DNA of 64,000 nucleotides, from positions 716-64,715 of the forward strand of contig JBFHME010000001.1 in the NCBI GenBank assembly GCA_041594435.1. Direction: 5' to 3'. The translations under genes were made by a program, and so were the position numbers. This document shows positions 53,163 to 61,633 of this stretch, piece by piece. Position 1 is the stretch's first letter. Each line of letters opens with the position of its first letter. This DNA is from Acidimicrobiales bacterium (GTDB lineage: Bacteria > Actinomycetota > Acidimicrobiia > Acidimicrobiales > SZUA-35). A model generated the notes under the pieces. The model made no database searches, was not told the origin of the DNA, and saw only the letters and a program-made list of their open reading frames with translations.

Positions 53163-53202
53163 CGAGGTCCGTTTCGGAGGGGGCGTCGAGTCGGCGATGG
53201 GG

Positions 53203-53631
53203 TCATCGGTGGCGGCTGGCGATCTCGGTCGGGCCGACGGGCTGGTCGCATGCGGTGCAGCGAACGTTCAGCTCGAGGCGGCTCCCGCACCGGTCGTGGT
53301 ACAGCTCGACGGGCGGACCGTCTTCGGCGTACCAGCGGTCCCCCCAGCGCATGAGGGCGATCAGAGCGGGTGACAGGTCGGCGCCCTTGGTGGTGAGTCG
53401 ATACTCGTGACGCACGGGCCGGTCCTGGTAGGGCACCCGTTCGACGATCTCGGCATCGAGGAGTTTGCCGAGGCGATCCGACAGCACGTTGCGGGCGAGG
53501 CCGACGTCGTCCGCAATGTCGTTGAACCGGTGGTGGCCACGAAAGATGGTGCGAAGGATCAGCAAGGTCCAGCGGTCGCCGACGACGCCGGTGGTGGCGG
53601 CGATCGAACAGGTGATGGGGGAGGCAGTCAC
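53203..53631 (-). CDS. HxlR-family transcriptional regulator
   Basis: CSIAATTGVVGDRWTLLILRTIFRGHHRFNDIADDVGLARNVLSDRLGKLLDAEIVERVPY...EYRLTTKG. Start is GTG 53631 or GTG 53664. Confidence 0.8.
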   Translation of the reverse strand: MTASPITCSIAATTGVVGDRWTLLILRTIFRGHHRFNDIADDVGLARNVLSDRLGKLLDAEIVERVPYQDRPVRHEYRLTTKGADLSPALIALMRWGDRWYAEDGPPVELYHDRCGSRLELNVRCTACDQPVGPTEIASRHR

Positions 53632-53699
53632 AGCCCGGGCGACAGTAGCCGGAGTGGGTTTCACTCTGCAACTCAGTCCGCCTGTCGAGCGGGAGACGG

Positions 53700-54671
53700 T
53701 CAGCGAGGTGACGGCGTCAGCTGGATGCCGCCCCGACTCGCCGGCCGGCGGTCGAAGTCGGCCTTGGCCTCGCAGCCCGCCGCCCAACCGCAGGTCGAAC
53801 AGGTGAAGGCGGAGGGGGTGCGGCTCAGCCGTCGGGGCGGCTCGGCGACACCGGGGGTACGTGCCGTGACGGCGTCGGCGGCCCGGGCGGCGGCGTCGAT
53901 ACCCCGGTCGAACAGTTCGTCGGTGGCGAGACGGTGAAGCGTTCCCGTGGGCAACTCGACGACCAGTACCTCGTCGGGAGGCTTGCGTTGGTTGATCGTC
54001 CAGAGCCCGATGTTGAACGCCGCCTGATCGAGGATCGCCGGATGAAGCGTCGACAGCACGAACACCGGGGTGTGATTGCCGACGACGGGCAGGGCGAGAT
54101 CGACTCTCCCGTCGAGGGTGAGGCCCCGGCCGGGATAGCGCCAGCGGGGGCGGAGGTCGAACCGCCAGCCCCGGGTGTGCTTCGGGTCGTCGGCGCCGAG
54201 CACGTCGAGGGTGGTGGTCAGCCACGTGGTCGCTCGGGCCGCGATACGCACCCGTACGTCGATTGGGGCCAAAACCGGATCGGCCAGGTACTCGCCGAGC
54301 CAGTCGATGTCGGGTGTCGGGGTGTCATCGGTCGGATCATGATCGGCTCGACGAGCGTGGCGCATGGTGTGGGCGACGGCGTCGACCACCGAGCCCTTCC
54401 GTCGCAACCACCGCAACGATCGCAGCGCCACCGCCCGGCTGGTGGTGAAGATGTTGGGCTCGAACGCCGACGGCATGGCCGCGGCCCTGGCCTGGCAGCG
54501 GGCGGCGAGCCCGACATCGTGGTCGGAGACCCTGACAACCTGGTCGCGGTCGAGATCCCGGACCTCCCCCTCCTCGCAGCGAAGCGCCGGTTCGGTCAGC
54601 CGGTCGGTCAGCTCCATCGCGAGGCGTCGATGCAGGCGGGGCTCGCCACGTTCGCCGGGCAGGGCGGTCAC
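53700..54671 (-). CDS. Cas4/RecB-like PD-(D/E)xK-fold protein with C-terminal CX2CX5C, catalytic motifs apparently degenerate
   Basis: C-terminal FTCSTCGWAAGCEAK. The core has GRVDLAL but no E-x-K (VFVLSTL instead). 4-nt overlap with the upstream paralogue-like gene. Confidence 0.62.
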   Translation of the reverse strand: MTALPGERGEPRLHRRLAMELTDRLTEPALRCEEGEVRDLDRDQVVRVSDHDVGLAARCQARAAAMPSAFEPNIFTTSRAVALRSLRWLRRKGSVVDAVAHTMRHARRADHDPTDDTPTPDIDWLGEYLADPVLAPIDVRVRIAARATTWLTTTLDVLGADDPKHTRGWRFDLRPRWRYPGRGLTLDGRVDLALPVVGNHTPVFVLSTLHPAILDQAAFNIGLWTINQRKPPDEVLVVELPTGTLHRLATDELFDRGIDAAARAADAVTARTPGVAEPPRRLSRTPSAFTCSTCGWAAGCEAKADFDRRPASRGGIQLTPSPR

Positions 54672-55858
54672 GATGCGTCGCCCTCCGATTCCTCGAACTC
54701 GTCGGCGGCGTCACCGGCGTGGACGGCGGGGTCGAAATCCGGGTCGAAGCGCTGGGGTTCCAGGGGACGGAGCGACTCGTTGACCTCGGCCATCACGAGG
54801 TCGGGTGCGTCGCCGCACTCCGACACCCGACGACACCAGCGGCAGTGATCGCCAGGGTTTGTGGGCGGCCGCCCGCCGACCTTCATGGTCTCGTCGATGG
54901 CCAGGAGGCCCTTGGTGGTGTCGAGTAGGCGGCGGGCGGACGTCTCCAGCATCTCCGTGCTGGGAACGAGCGGTACGACGGCCAGATCGCCGAGGCTGAT
55001 CGAACAACCGATCATCAGCTTCGGTGGCTCCTCGGGTTCGGTGCGGGCGGCCGCTGAACCGGCTGCCGGCCCAGCGCCCTCGGGCTCCGGGGGCAGCTGC
55101 TGCAGGGTGGTGATCAGCGCGTAATGGCCCAGCTCATCGGCGATGCGCGGGTTGAACCGGCCGCTCTTCACCTCGGCCAGCAGCCGGCCTCGCACCACAC
55201 CGTCGATGGCGAGGTCACACGAGATGTCGATCTCACCCGTGATCTGCACGCCGGGCACCGGGACATGGGCGATACGGTGGTGCACCGTGGGGCGGTGGGG
55301 GCGGAGGTCACCCAACAGGTCGGGGAGTACGCCACACAGATCGTCGACGACATGGTCGAAGTCGGCTCGATCGCTGCGGCCGAGTTGGTCGACGAATTCG
55401 ATGAGGTGGGGGTGCTCCTGATCGAGGCTGGGTCGAAGGCCCTCGAACCAGCCGAACCCGTTCGAGGGCCGGAATCCGGGGTGAAGGACGAGGATGCCGG
55501 CCGCGGCGTCGCAGACGATGCCGACCGCGATGTTGAAGTTGATGCCGAACGGGTTGACCTCCGCCAGGACCTGGGCCGGGCAGATCGCCGCCGTTCGGAC
55601 CCTGCCCTTGGTCAGACGCAGAGGAGCCACCGCACCCGGCTCGGAGCCGAGGTCACGGTCGGCAACCAGATCGGCCAGACCCAGCCGCAGGTATCGCCGC
55701 AGTCTGCGGAGGTCGCTCCACGACGGTCCGCCGGCGGCCGGATCGCTGCTCGGGTTTGTCGATTCGGCCGATCCGAGGTCGAGGTGCGGGCCGGCGTCGG
55801 CCGCCAGCTCGGCCAGGGAAAGGGTCACGTTCATCACCATAGCCAGACCCGATGACAC
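54668..55858 (-). CDS. Cas4/RecB-like PD-(D/E)xK nuclease with Fe-S cluster cysteines
   Basis: N-terminal Cys (AAICPAQV), GEIDIS (motif II Asp), LLAEVKSG (E-x-K), ELGHYALI (QxxxY-like), C-terminal HCRWCRRVSEC (CX2CX5C). Confidence 0.7.
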   Translation of the reverse strand: MSSGLAMVMNVTLSLAELAADAGPHLDLGSAESTNPSSDPAAGGPSWSDLRRLRRYLRLGLADLVADRDLGSEPGAVAPLRLTKGRVRTAAICPAQVLAEVNPFGINFNIAVGIVCDAAAGILVLHPGFRPSNGFGWFEGLRPSLDQEHPHLIEFVDQLGRSDRADFDHVVDDLCGVLPDLLGDLRPHRPTVHHRIAHVPVPGVQITGEIDISCDLAIDGVVRGRLLAEVKSGRFNPRIADELGHYALITTLQQLPPEPEGAGPAAGSAAARTEPEEPPKLMIGCSISLGDLAVVPLVPSTEMLETSARRLLDTTKGLLAIDETMKVGGRPPTNPGDHCRWCRRVSECGDAPDLVMAEVNESLRPLEPQRFDPDFDPAVHAGDAADEFEESEGDAS

Positions 55859-55911
55859 CCTTTGGGCCGGTTCGCCCCGACCTTCCCTCGCTCAACCTCT
55901 ACCCTGGGCCG

Positions 55912-57018
55912 ATGGCGGCCATTGCCTTTCCCTCCCCGATGCCCTCCGACCTCGTGCCGCTGCCTCCCCAGCCGCCCGGTGTCGAGTATCCGACGCATCG
56001 CTGGCCGACCGGGTCGCCGGTCGGGGCCGACGAGATCCGCCTCCGGACCGAGATCAACCGCGTGTTCGCCGAACCGAACGAGCCGACCGGCGGAACGAGC
56101 CTCGGTCAGTCGCTCGCGCTGGTCGTGGTGCAGGGCGGCCGGATCGTGGCCGAACGCTATCACCCCGAGTCCACGCCGATCGAGCCGCTGATCTCGTGGT
56201 CGATCGCCAAGTCGTTCACCCACGCCCTACTGGGGATTCTGGTGCGGCAGGGCCGATTCGACGCCGACCTCGGGCCCGCTCCCGTGGCAGCATGGGCCGA
56301 CGACGGGCGGGCTGCCATCACCACCGCCCAACTCCTCGAGATGCGCTCCGGTCTGCACTGGGTCGAAGAGTACGAGGAGGACGACGACGGGCAACTCACC
56401 GACGTGTTGGAGATGCTGTTCGGCGCCGGCGCCGTCGACATGGCGGCGTTCGCCGCCGACAAGCCGCTCGCCCATCCACCGGGGGAGCACTACTACTATT
56501 CGAGCGGTACGACGAACATCGTGTCGCGGCTGATCACCGAGGCGGTGGCCGGACCCGGGGCCACGATCGCCGATCAGGAGGCCGCCGTCCGACAATTCAT
56601 GGCCGACGAGCTGTTCGGCCCCCTCGGGATGACCTCCGCCGAGCCCTGTTTCGATGGGTCGGGCACGTTCGTCGGCTCCAGCTTCCTCTACGCCACCGCC
56701 CGTGACTTCGCCCGGTTCGGTCTCCTCCACCTGCGGAATGGTCTGTGGGATGGCCACCGGATCCTTCCCGAGGGCTGGGTCGACGACGCTCGCCGCCCGC
56801 TGTCGGTCGAACCCGACTCGCTCAACTGGTACGCCCGCCACTGGTGGGTGTATCCGTGCGGCCACGGCTCGTTCCGGGCCAGCGGTTACGAGGGCCAGGT
56901 GATCGTGGTTGTACCGGGGCTCGACCTGGTGATCGCACGTCTGGGCAAAACCCCGTTCGAAAACGGTGGCGACCCGCTTTTTGCCCACCTGGCGGAACTC
57001 ATCGCCTGTTTCGAGTAG
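55912..57018 (+). CDS. Serine hydrolase (class C beta-lactamase / esterase family)
   Basis: S-x-x-K motif (SIAKSF), YSSG (Y-x-N-like region), beta-lactamase-fold length. The track start 55852 would overlap the divergent nuclease gene, so ATG 55912 is preferred. Confidence 0.78.
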   Translation: MAAIAFPSPMPSDLVPLPPQPPGVEYPTHRWPTGSPVGADEIRLRTEINRVFAEPNEPTGGTSLGQSLALVVVQGGRIVAERYHPESTPIEPLISWSIAKSFTHALLGILVRQGRFDADLGPAPVAAWADDGRAAITTAQLLEMRSGLHWVEEYEEDDDGQLTDVLEMLFGAGAVDMAAFAADKPLAHPPGEHYYYSSGTTNIVSRLITEAVAGPGATIADQEAAVRQFMADELFGPLGMTSAEPCFDGSGTFVGSSFLYATARDFARFGLLHLRNGLWDGHRILPEGWVDDARRPLSVEPDSLNWYARHWWVYPCGHGSFRASGYEGQVIVVVPGLDLVIARLGKTPFENGGDPLFAHLAELIACFE

Positions 57019-57026
57019 GCGGTCAC

Positions 57027-57060
57027 CTGCCGGATCTGCCGGATCTGCCGATCTCCCGAT
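57027..57060 (+). repeat. Short tandem repeat CTGCCGGAT x2 followed by CTGCCGAT and CTCCCGAT
   Basis: Read directly, in the intergenic region upstream of the DUF2237 gene. Confidence 0.6.
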
Positions 57061-57094
57061 AGCGGTTGTCGGTGGATGCTGGTTGAATCAAGAC

Positions 57095-57469
57095 ATGCCC
57101 CTCAATGTTCTCGGCGGAGATCTGCAGGTCTGTTCGATGAATCCCCGGACGGGCTGGTTTCGTGACGGATGCTGTAATACCGACGGCAACGACAACGGCG
57201 TGCACACGGTGTGCGCAATCATGACCGACGAGTTTCTCGAGTTCTCGGCCGCAAAGGGCAACGACCTGTCGACGCCCCGCCCGGAGTTCGGTTTCGTCGG
57301 GCTCTCCGACGGTGACCAGTGGTGCCTGTGCGCGCCCCGGTGGGCTGAAGCGCTGGAGGCGGGTATGGCCCCCAAGGTGGTCCTGGCCGCCACGCACGCC
57401 CGCACACTCGACTGGTGCGAGTTGGCCGACCTGAAGGCCTACGCCGTCGACAATCCCGACGCCGACTGA
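57095..57469 (+). CDS. DUF2237 family protein
   Basis: NVLGGDLQVCSMNPRTGWFRDGCCNT...GVHTVCAIMTDEFLEFSAAKGNDLSTP...GDQWCLCAPRWAEA matches the DUF2237 pattern. Confidence 0.8.
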   Translation: MPLNVLGGDLQVCSMNPRTGWFRDGCCNTDGNDNGVHTVCAIMTDEFLEFSAAKGNDLSTPRPEFGFVGLSDGDQWCLCAPRWAEALEAGMAPKVVLAATHARTLDWCELADLKAYAVDNPDAD

Positions 57470-57542
57470 GCGTCCCGCTCCAACCCGTCATCAGGCGGTT
57501 GCGCCGCCGGACGACGAAGCCATCAGGCCGGGGTGGCCGTGA

Positions 57543-57911
57543 TCAAGCCTTGCCTTCCTCGGGGATGATGATCCAGGCGACGATGTAGGCCAGGGGGAGG
57601 GCCGGCATTGTCAGCAGGGCCAGGCCCGCCAGGACGAGGCGGATGACGGTGGGGTCGATGTCGAAGTAGTCGGCGATACCGCCGGCGACTCCGGCGATCA
57701 TGCCGTTCTTCCGCTCGAGTACCTTGACCCGGGGGTTGACGCTCGCCGATGGGGGCGACGCCGATGGGGGTGATGGCGAGGTGCCGGAATCGGAGGGGGA
57801 GGTTTCGGAGGCCGAGGTGTCGAATCCCGACGAACCGTTGGTCATGTCGGCGGGAGGAACCTCGTTGCCCTGGAGTGAGGTTGTGGTGTTGATCTCGTTC
57901 ATGTGTTCCAT
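57543..57911 (-). CDS. PspC domain membrane protein
   Basis: RKNGMIAGVAGGIADYFDIDPTVIRLVLAGLALLT..., preceded by a Ser/Pro-rich N terminus. Confidence 0.8.
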   Translation of the reverse strand: MEHMNEINTTTSLQGNEVPPADMTNGSSGFDTSASETSPSDSGTSPSPPSASPPSASVNPRVKVLERKNGMIAGVAGGIADYFDIDPTVIRLVLAGLALLTMPALPLAYIVAWIIIPEEGKA

Positions 57912-57948
57912 GATGAGTCCACGAGCGACAAACGGCTATCAGGTCTCA

Positions 57949-57977
57949 CCCTGATTCGACCCTGATGCGCCCCTGAC
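57949..57977 (-). repeat. Three direct repeats (A/G)TCAGGG phased at 11 bp, plus an inverted copy at 57939-57944
   Basis: The plus strand reads CCCTGAT at 57949 and 57960, CCCTGAC at 57971, and ATCAGG at 57939. All lie 28-66 nt upstream of the PspC-domain gene ATG (57911). Confidence 0.6.
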
Positions 57978-58002
57978 CATCGGCAGACCGGCCGATGGCA
58001 CG

Positions 58003-58545
58003 TCAGTCGGCAAGCGGATCGATGACGTGGATCGGCCAGCCCCACTCGGCCGCCTTGGTGACGAAGTCGGCGGTACCCCCGGTGCCGGGACAGTTTCCGC
58101 TCCGCACCACAACCGCGGCGATCGGGTTCGTTGCCTGACCGTTGAGTCGGCTGCTGGCCTCGACGGCGCAATCGTGTAGCAGGTCGTTGCCCCGCCGCCA
58201 CCAGTCCTCGTGATCCGACAGATCCGTCGTCACGATGGTGTCGGCGCGCGACAACGAATGCTCGAACGCCTCGACCCAACGATCCCCCTGGTCGGCCACC
58301 GACCGCCGAACGAACTCGTCGACCGGGAGAGCCAGTGCCACGATTCTTGGAATGAAGAGGTCTTCGGCCACCCGCAACATCAGCAGATCGGCCCCACCGG
58401 CGGCAGCCGTCACCACCAGTTGTGGGCGCAGCCCCATCATGAGGAGGTAGAGCCGCCGGTAGACGCTCCCGTCACGTTCGGGTGGGAACAGCCCGGTTGC
58501 CCGTTGCGGCGTGTCGACCCGGTGGCCGGCGTGCACGACGATCAC
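58003..58545 (-). CDS. Hypothetical protein, possible LOG/SLOG-like Rossmann fold
   Basis: VVTAAAGGADLL and CPGTGGTADF loosely recall the LOG-family GGGxG and PGGxGT motifs. No confident family. Confidence 0.5.
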   Translation of the reverse strand: MIVVHAGHRVDTPQRATGLFPPERDGSVYRRLYLLMMGLRPQLVVTAAAGGADLLMLRVAEDLFIPRIVALALPVDEFVRRSVADQGDRWVEAFEHSLSRADTIVTTDLSDHEDWWRRGNDLLHDCAVEASSRLNGQATNPIAAVVVRSGNCPGTGGTADFVTKAAEWGWPIHVIDPLAD

Positions 58546-58575
58546 GACCGCAGCCCCCTCACACCAGCAGCCCTC

Positions 58576-59388
58576 TCATGACAAGAACACCGCAGCGAGA
58601 ATGATCACAACGAGAAGGGCAACGGCGATGATGATCACGATCGGGCTGACGCCGTTGCGGGTGAAGGCCGGCGTCGGACGATGATACGCGTCGCCGTCTC
58701 CGAGCCCGTCGTCCGCGATGGGTCCCCGGCTCCGCTCGCGCCCTCGCGCGCTTTCGGGATGGCTGCCACCGAATGGCCCGTCGTAACCAGGGCCGGAGCC
58801 GAGCACGCCGCCGTTCTCGTCGCCGGCGAAAGCGCCGTAGCCCTCGGTGACGGCTTCGATGTCGGTGATGGTGATACCGGTCGGCGGTCCCGTACGCAGG
58901 GTTACCGGTGCCAACGGCTCGGTCGGGACACGCGGCGGTTCGTCCGGCAGGTGATGATCGACGAGAGGCCTGTCGGCGTCGTCGTAGGTGATCGTTGGGA
59001 CCCCGCCGGCCTTCGACCGACTCTCGTGTGAAGGTGGCGGCGGGACCGAGGCCGCCGGCTCGTCGAGATCGATGACGGACGGCAGCCCGACGACCGCTTC
59101 GATGCCGCCGAATTCGATCACGTCGCCATCGGTCAAGGTGGTCCACCCCACGACCGGCACCCCGTTGACCAGCGTCCCGTTGGTGGAGTTGAGGTCCAGC
59201 ACCTTCAGCTGGCCCTTCTGCCACGAGAGGCGCGCGTGATAGGTGCTGACGAAGGTTTCGGACAGGCGGAGGTCGGCGTCGGCGGCTCGACCAAGAACCT
59301 GCTCGCCCTCGCGGATCGTCAGCTCGGTCGGTGTCGACGACGCGTCGCCAAACCATAGAGTGGGCTGCACCGACACGCTTCCAGTCAA
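58576..59388 (-). CDS. FHA domain protein with C-terminal membrane anchor
   Basis: GRAADADLRLSETFVSTYHARLSWQKGQLKVLDLNSTNGTLVNGVPV (FHA core). Terminal TM IVIIIAVALLVVIILAAVFL. Confidence 0.85.
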   Translation of the reverse strand: MTGSVSVQPTLWFGDASSTPTELTIREGEQVLGRAADADLRLSETFVSTYHARLSWQKGQLKVLDLNSTNGTLVNGVPVVGWTTLTDGDVIEFGGIEAVVGLPSVIDLDEPAASVPPPPSHESRSKAGGVPTITYDDADRPLVDHHLPDEPPRVPTEPLAPVTLRTGPPTGITITDIEAVTEGYGAFAGDENGGVLGSGPGYDGPFGGSHPESARGRERSRGPIADDGLGDGDAYHRPTPAFTRNGVSPIVIIIAVALLVVIILAAVFLS

Positions 59389-59546
59389 GCACTACTCATG
59401 GTGTCCGTCGAGCCCGTGGAACACGCTGAGTCGATGGATGGGCTGAAGAACCGAAACCCCGGGCCCGGGCGGCGCCCTCAACGCCGCGATCACCGATCGC
59501 CCGAGGGCGGCATCATCGGCCATCGTCGGGCGTTCTGGTTCTCACC

Positions 59547-59575
59547 TTGTTCGCCTGGTGCCCCCGACCTACTAT
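59547..59575 (+). promoter_or_regulatory. Sigma-70-like promoter TTGTTC-N17-TACTAT
   Basis: Read directly from the sequence, 50 nt upstream of the ADH ATG 59626. Confidence 0.4.
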
Positions 59576-59625
59576 CAAACCGTTGCCATCCGTCAGGGAT
59601 GTGTCCATCGAAGAAGGGGTACCTC

Positions 59626-60753
59626 ATGAGAACTCGAGCCGCGGTGTTGCGGGAAATGAACCAGCCATGGAGTGTCGAGGAGATCGAACTCGATCCGCCG
59701 AAACGCAACGAGGTTCTGGTGAAGATGGTGGCGTCGGGTATGTGCCATTCCGATGAGCACGCCATGGACGGCCACATCGCCGGACTGGTACCCGGCCCGC
59801 CGATGATCGGCGGTCACGAGGGCGCCGGCATCGTGCAGGAGGTCGGCGACGGGGTCGACTGGCTCGAGCCGGGCGACCATGTGGTCTTCGGTTTCATCCC
59901 CGCCTGCGGCCGCTGTCCGTCGTGCGCCGATGGCCATTCCAACCTCTGTGACCTGCTGGCCACCTTCGCCGAGGGCACCCAGGCCCTCGACGGTACACAC
60001 CGGCACCACACGCTCGACGGTCAGGACCTCGGCCTCATGTGCCTGATCGGTACCTTCGCCGAGCACACAGTGGTCAACGAGGCCAGCTGCATCAAGGTCG
60101 ACAAGGACTGGCCGCTCGACAAGGGCTGCCTCCTCGGCTGCGGCGTGGTCACCGGCTGGGGGTCCGCCGTCTACTCGGCCCAGGTCGAACCCGGAGATTA
60201 CGTGGCCGTCGTCGGCTGCGGTGGCATCGGCTCGAACGCCGTGCAGGGTGCGGCCATGGCCGGCGCCCGTGTGGTGGCCGCCATCGACCCGGTGGCGTTC
60301 AAGCGTGAAAAGGCCATGGAGTTCGGGGCCACCCACAGCTTCTCCTCCATGGCGGAAGCCATGGAGAAGCTTGGCGAGACCACCTGGGATCGCGGCTACG
60401 ACAAGGTCATCATGACCATGGGCACCGGCGATGCCGCCAGCCTGGGTGAGGGCTTCAACCTTGGTGGGAAGCGGGCCAAGATCGTGGTCACCAATCTGCA
60501 CTCCACCTCCGAGGGCACGGTCAACGTGCCGGCGATCATGCTGACCATGATGGAGAAGCAGCTGATCGGGTCGCTGTTCGGCTCGGCCAACATCCGCAAG
60601 GACATCCCCCGTCTGTTCGAGCTCTATCTCGACGGCAAGTTGAAGATCGACGAGCTGGTCACGAGGACCTACACCCTGGATCAGATCAACGAGGGGTATC
60701 AGGCCATGCGCGACGGCGAGAACATTCGCGGTGTGATCCTGTTCGACCAGTAG
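59626..60753 (+). CDS. Zn-dependent alcohol dehydrogenase, NDMA-dependent (Rxyl_3153-type) family
   Basis: MRTRAAVLREMNQPWSVEEIELDPPKRNEVLVKMVASGMCHSDEH..., GHEGAG, CGRCPSC, GCGGIGSNA. ATG 59626 follows a purine-rich RBS. Confidence 0.9.
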   Translation: MRTRAAVLREMNQPWSVEEIELDPPKRNEVLVKMVASGMCHSDEHAMDGHIAGLVPGPPMIGGHEGAGIVQEVGDGVDWLEPGDHVVFGFIPACGRCPSCADGHSNLCDLLATFAEGTQALDGTHRHHTLDGQDLGLMCLIGTFAEHTVVNEASCIKVDKDWPLDKGCLLGCGVVTGWGSAVYSAQVEPGDYVAVVGCGGIGSNAVQGAAMAGARVVAAIDPVAFKREKAMEFGATHSFSSMAEAMEKLGETTWDRGYDKVIMTMGTGDAASLGEGFNLGGKRAKIVVTNLHSTSEGTVNVPAIMLTMMEKQLIGSLFGSANIRKDIPRLFELYLDGKLKIDELVTRTYTLDQINEGYQAMRDGENIRGVILFDQ

Positions 60754-60799
60754 GTCGGATCCGCCTTCGACAATGTGACTCGACCACCCGGCCACCGCG

Positions 60800-61627
60800 G
60801 TGGCCGGGTCGTCGCGCGCCCACCGGATCAGGCTCTGGGCTACCATGTTGGCTGCTGCGGGCGCGGATTCGGCGGGAGGGCCGGTGGTCGACATCATCGA
60901 CAGGCGGAGCTGGGGGGCGCGGGCACCTCGTCGGCGCTTGACGATCCCGGTTCCCACCGTCGAACTTTGGCTGCACCACACCGCCGGTGGTGAACGGGGA
61001 GCAGCCGGCGTTCGCTCGATCCAGAACTTTCACATGGACGTGCGGGGCTGGTCCGACATCGCCTATTCCTTTGTCATCGATCGCGACTCCCTCGCCGTGT
61101 ACGAGGGGCGGGGGGCCGGCGTGCTGGGTGGCCACACATTCGGTCGCAATTCGATCTCGCACGCCATCTGCGTGATGGGAAACTTCGACAGGACTCCGGT
61201 CTCCGATGGGCTGGTCGGCCGGATCGCCGAGCTGGTGGCCCACGGCCATGAGCAGGGCTGGTGGCCGGCGATCCTCACCGGCGGGCACCGCGACGTTCGG
61301 GCAACGTCATGTCCGGGTGACAACCTGTACGTGCGGATCGACGAGATCAATCGCCGGGCCGTGGACCCCGGCGATGAGGAGGACAACGTGGTGCTACGAA
61401 ACGGCGATCGAGGAGAGGCGGTCCGGCGGTTCCAGACCGCCCTCAAAGGGTGGAACGCCCGATCGCTGCCCAGGTTCGGAGCCGACGGTGACTTCGGCGA
61501 CGAGACCGAAACGTGGGTGCGGAGCTTCCAGTCGGCGCACGACCTCGGAGTCAGCGGAGCCATCGATGGGGTGACGGCGGCACTGCTCCTCGAATACCGC
61601 GCCGACGACGTCGACGATTCGGCCTGA
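60800..61627 (+). CDS. N-acetylmuramoyl-L-alanine amidase (Amidase_2/PGRP) with C-terminal PG_binding_1 domain
   Basis: LWLHHTAG...WSDIAYSFVID...GGHRDVRATSCPG (amidase_2). GDRGEAVRRFQTAL...DGDFGDETETWVRSFQ (peptidoglycan-binding). Alternative start ATG 60845. Confidence 0.83.
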   Translation: MAGSSRAHRIRLWATMLAAAGADSAGGPVVDIIDRRSWGARAPRRRLTIPVPTVELWLHHTAGGERGAAGVRSIQNFHMDVRGWSDIAYSFVIDRDSLAVYEGRGAGVLGGHTFGRNSISHAICVMGNFDRTPVSDGLVGRIAELVAHGHEQGWWPAILTGGHRDVRATSCPGDNLYVRIDEINRRAVDPGDEEDNVVLRNGDRGEAVRRFQTALKGWNARSLPRFGADGDFGDETETWVRSFQSAHDLGVSGAIDGVTAALLLEYRADDVDDSA

Positions 61628-61633
61628 CGCCGA

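Noticed and set aside
55852-55911. Track start (55852) for the serine-hydrolase gene
   Set aside because: It would overlap the start of the divergently transcribed nuclease gene (55858) and leave no promoter space. ATG 55912 (MAAIAFPSP...) is preferred, although neither start is proven.
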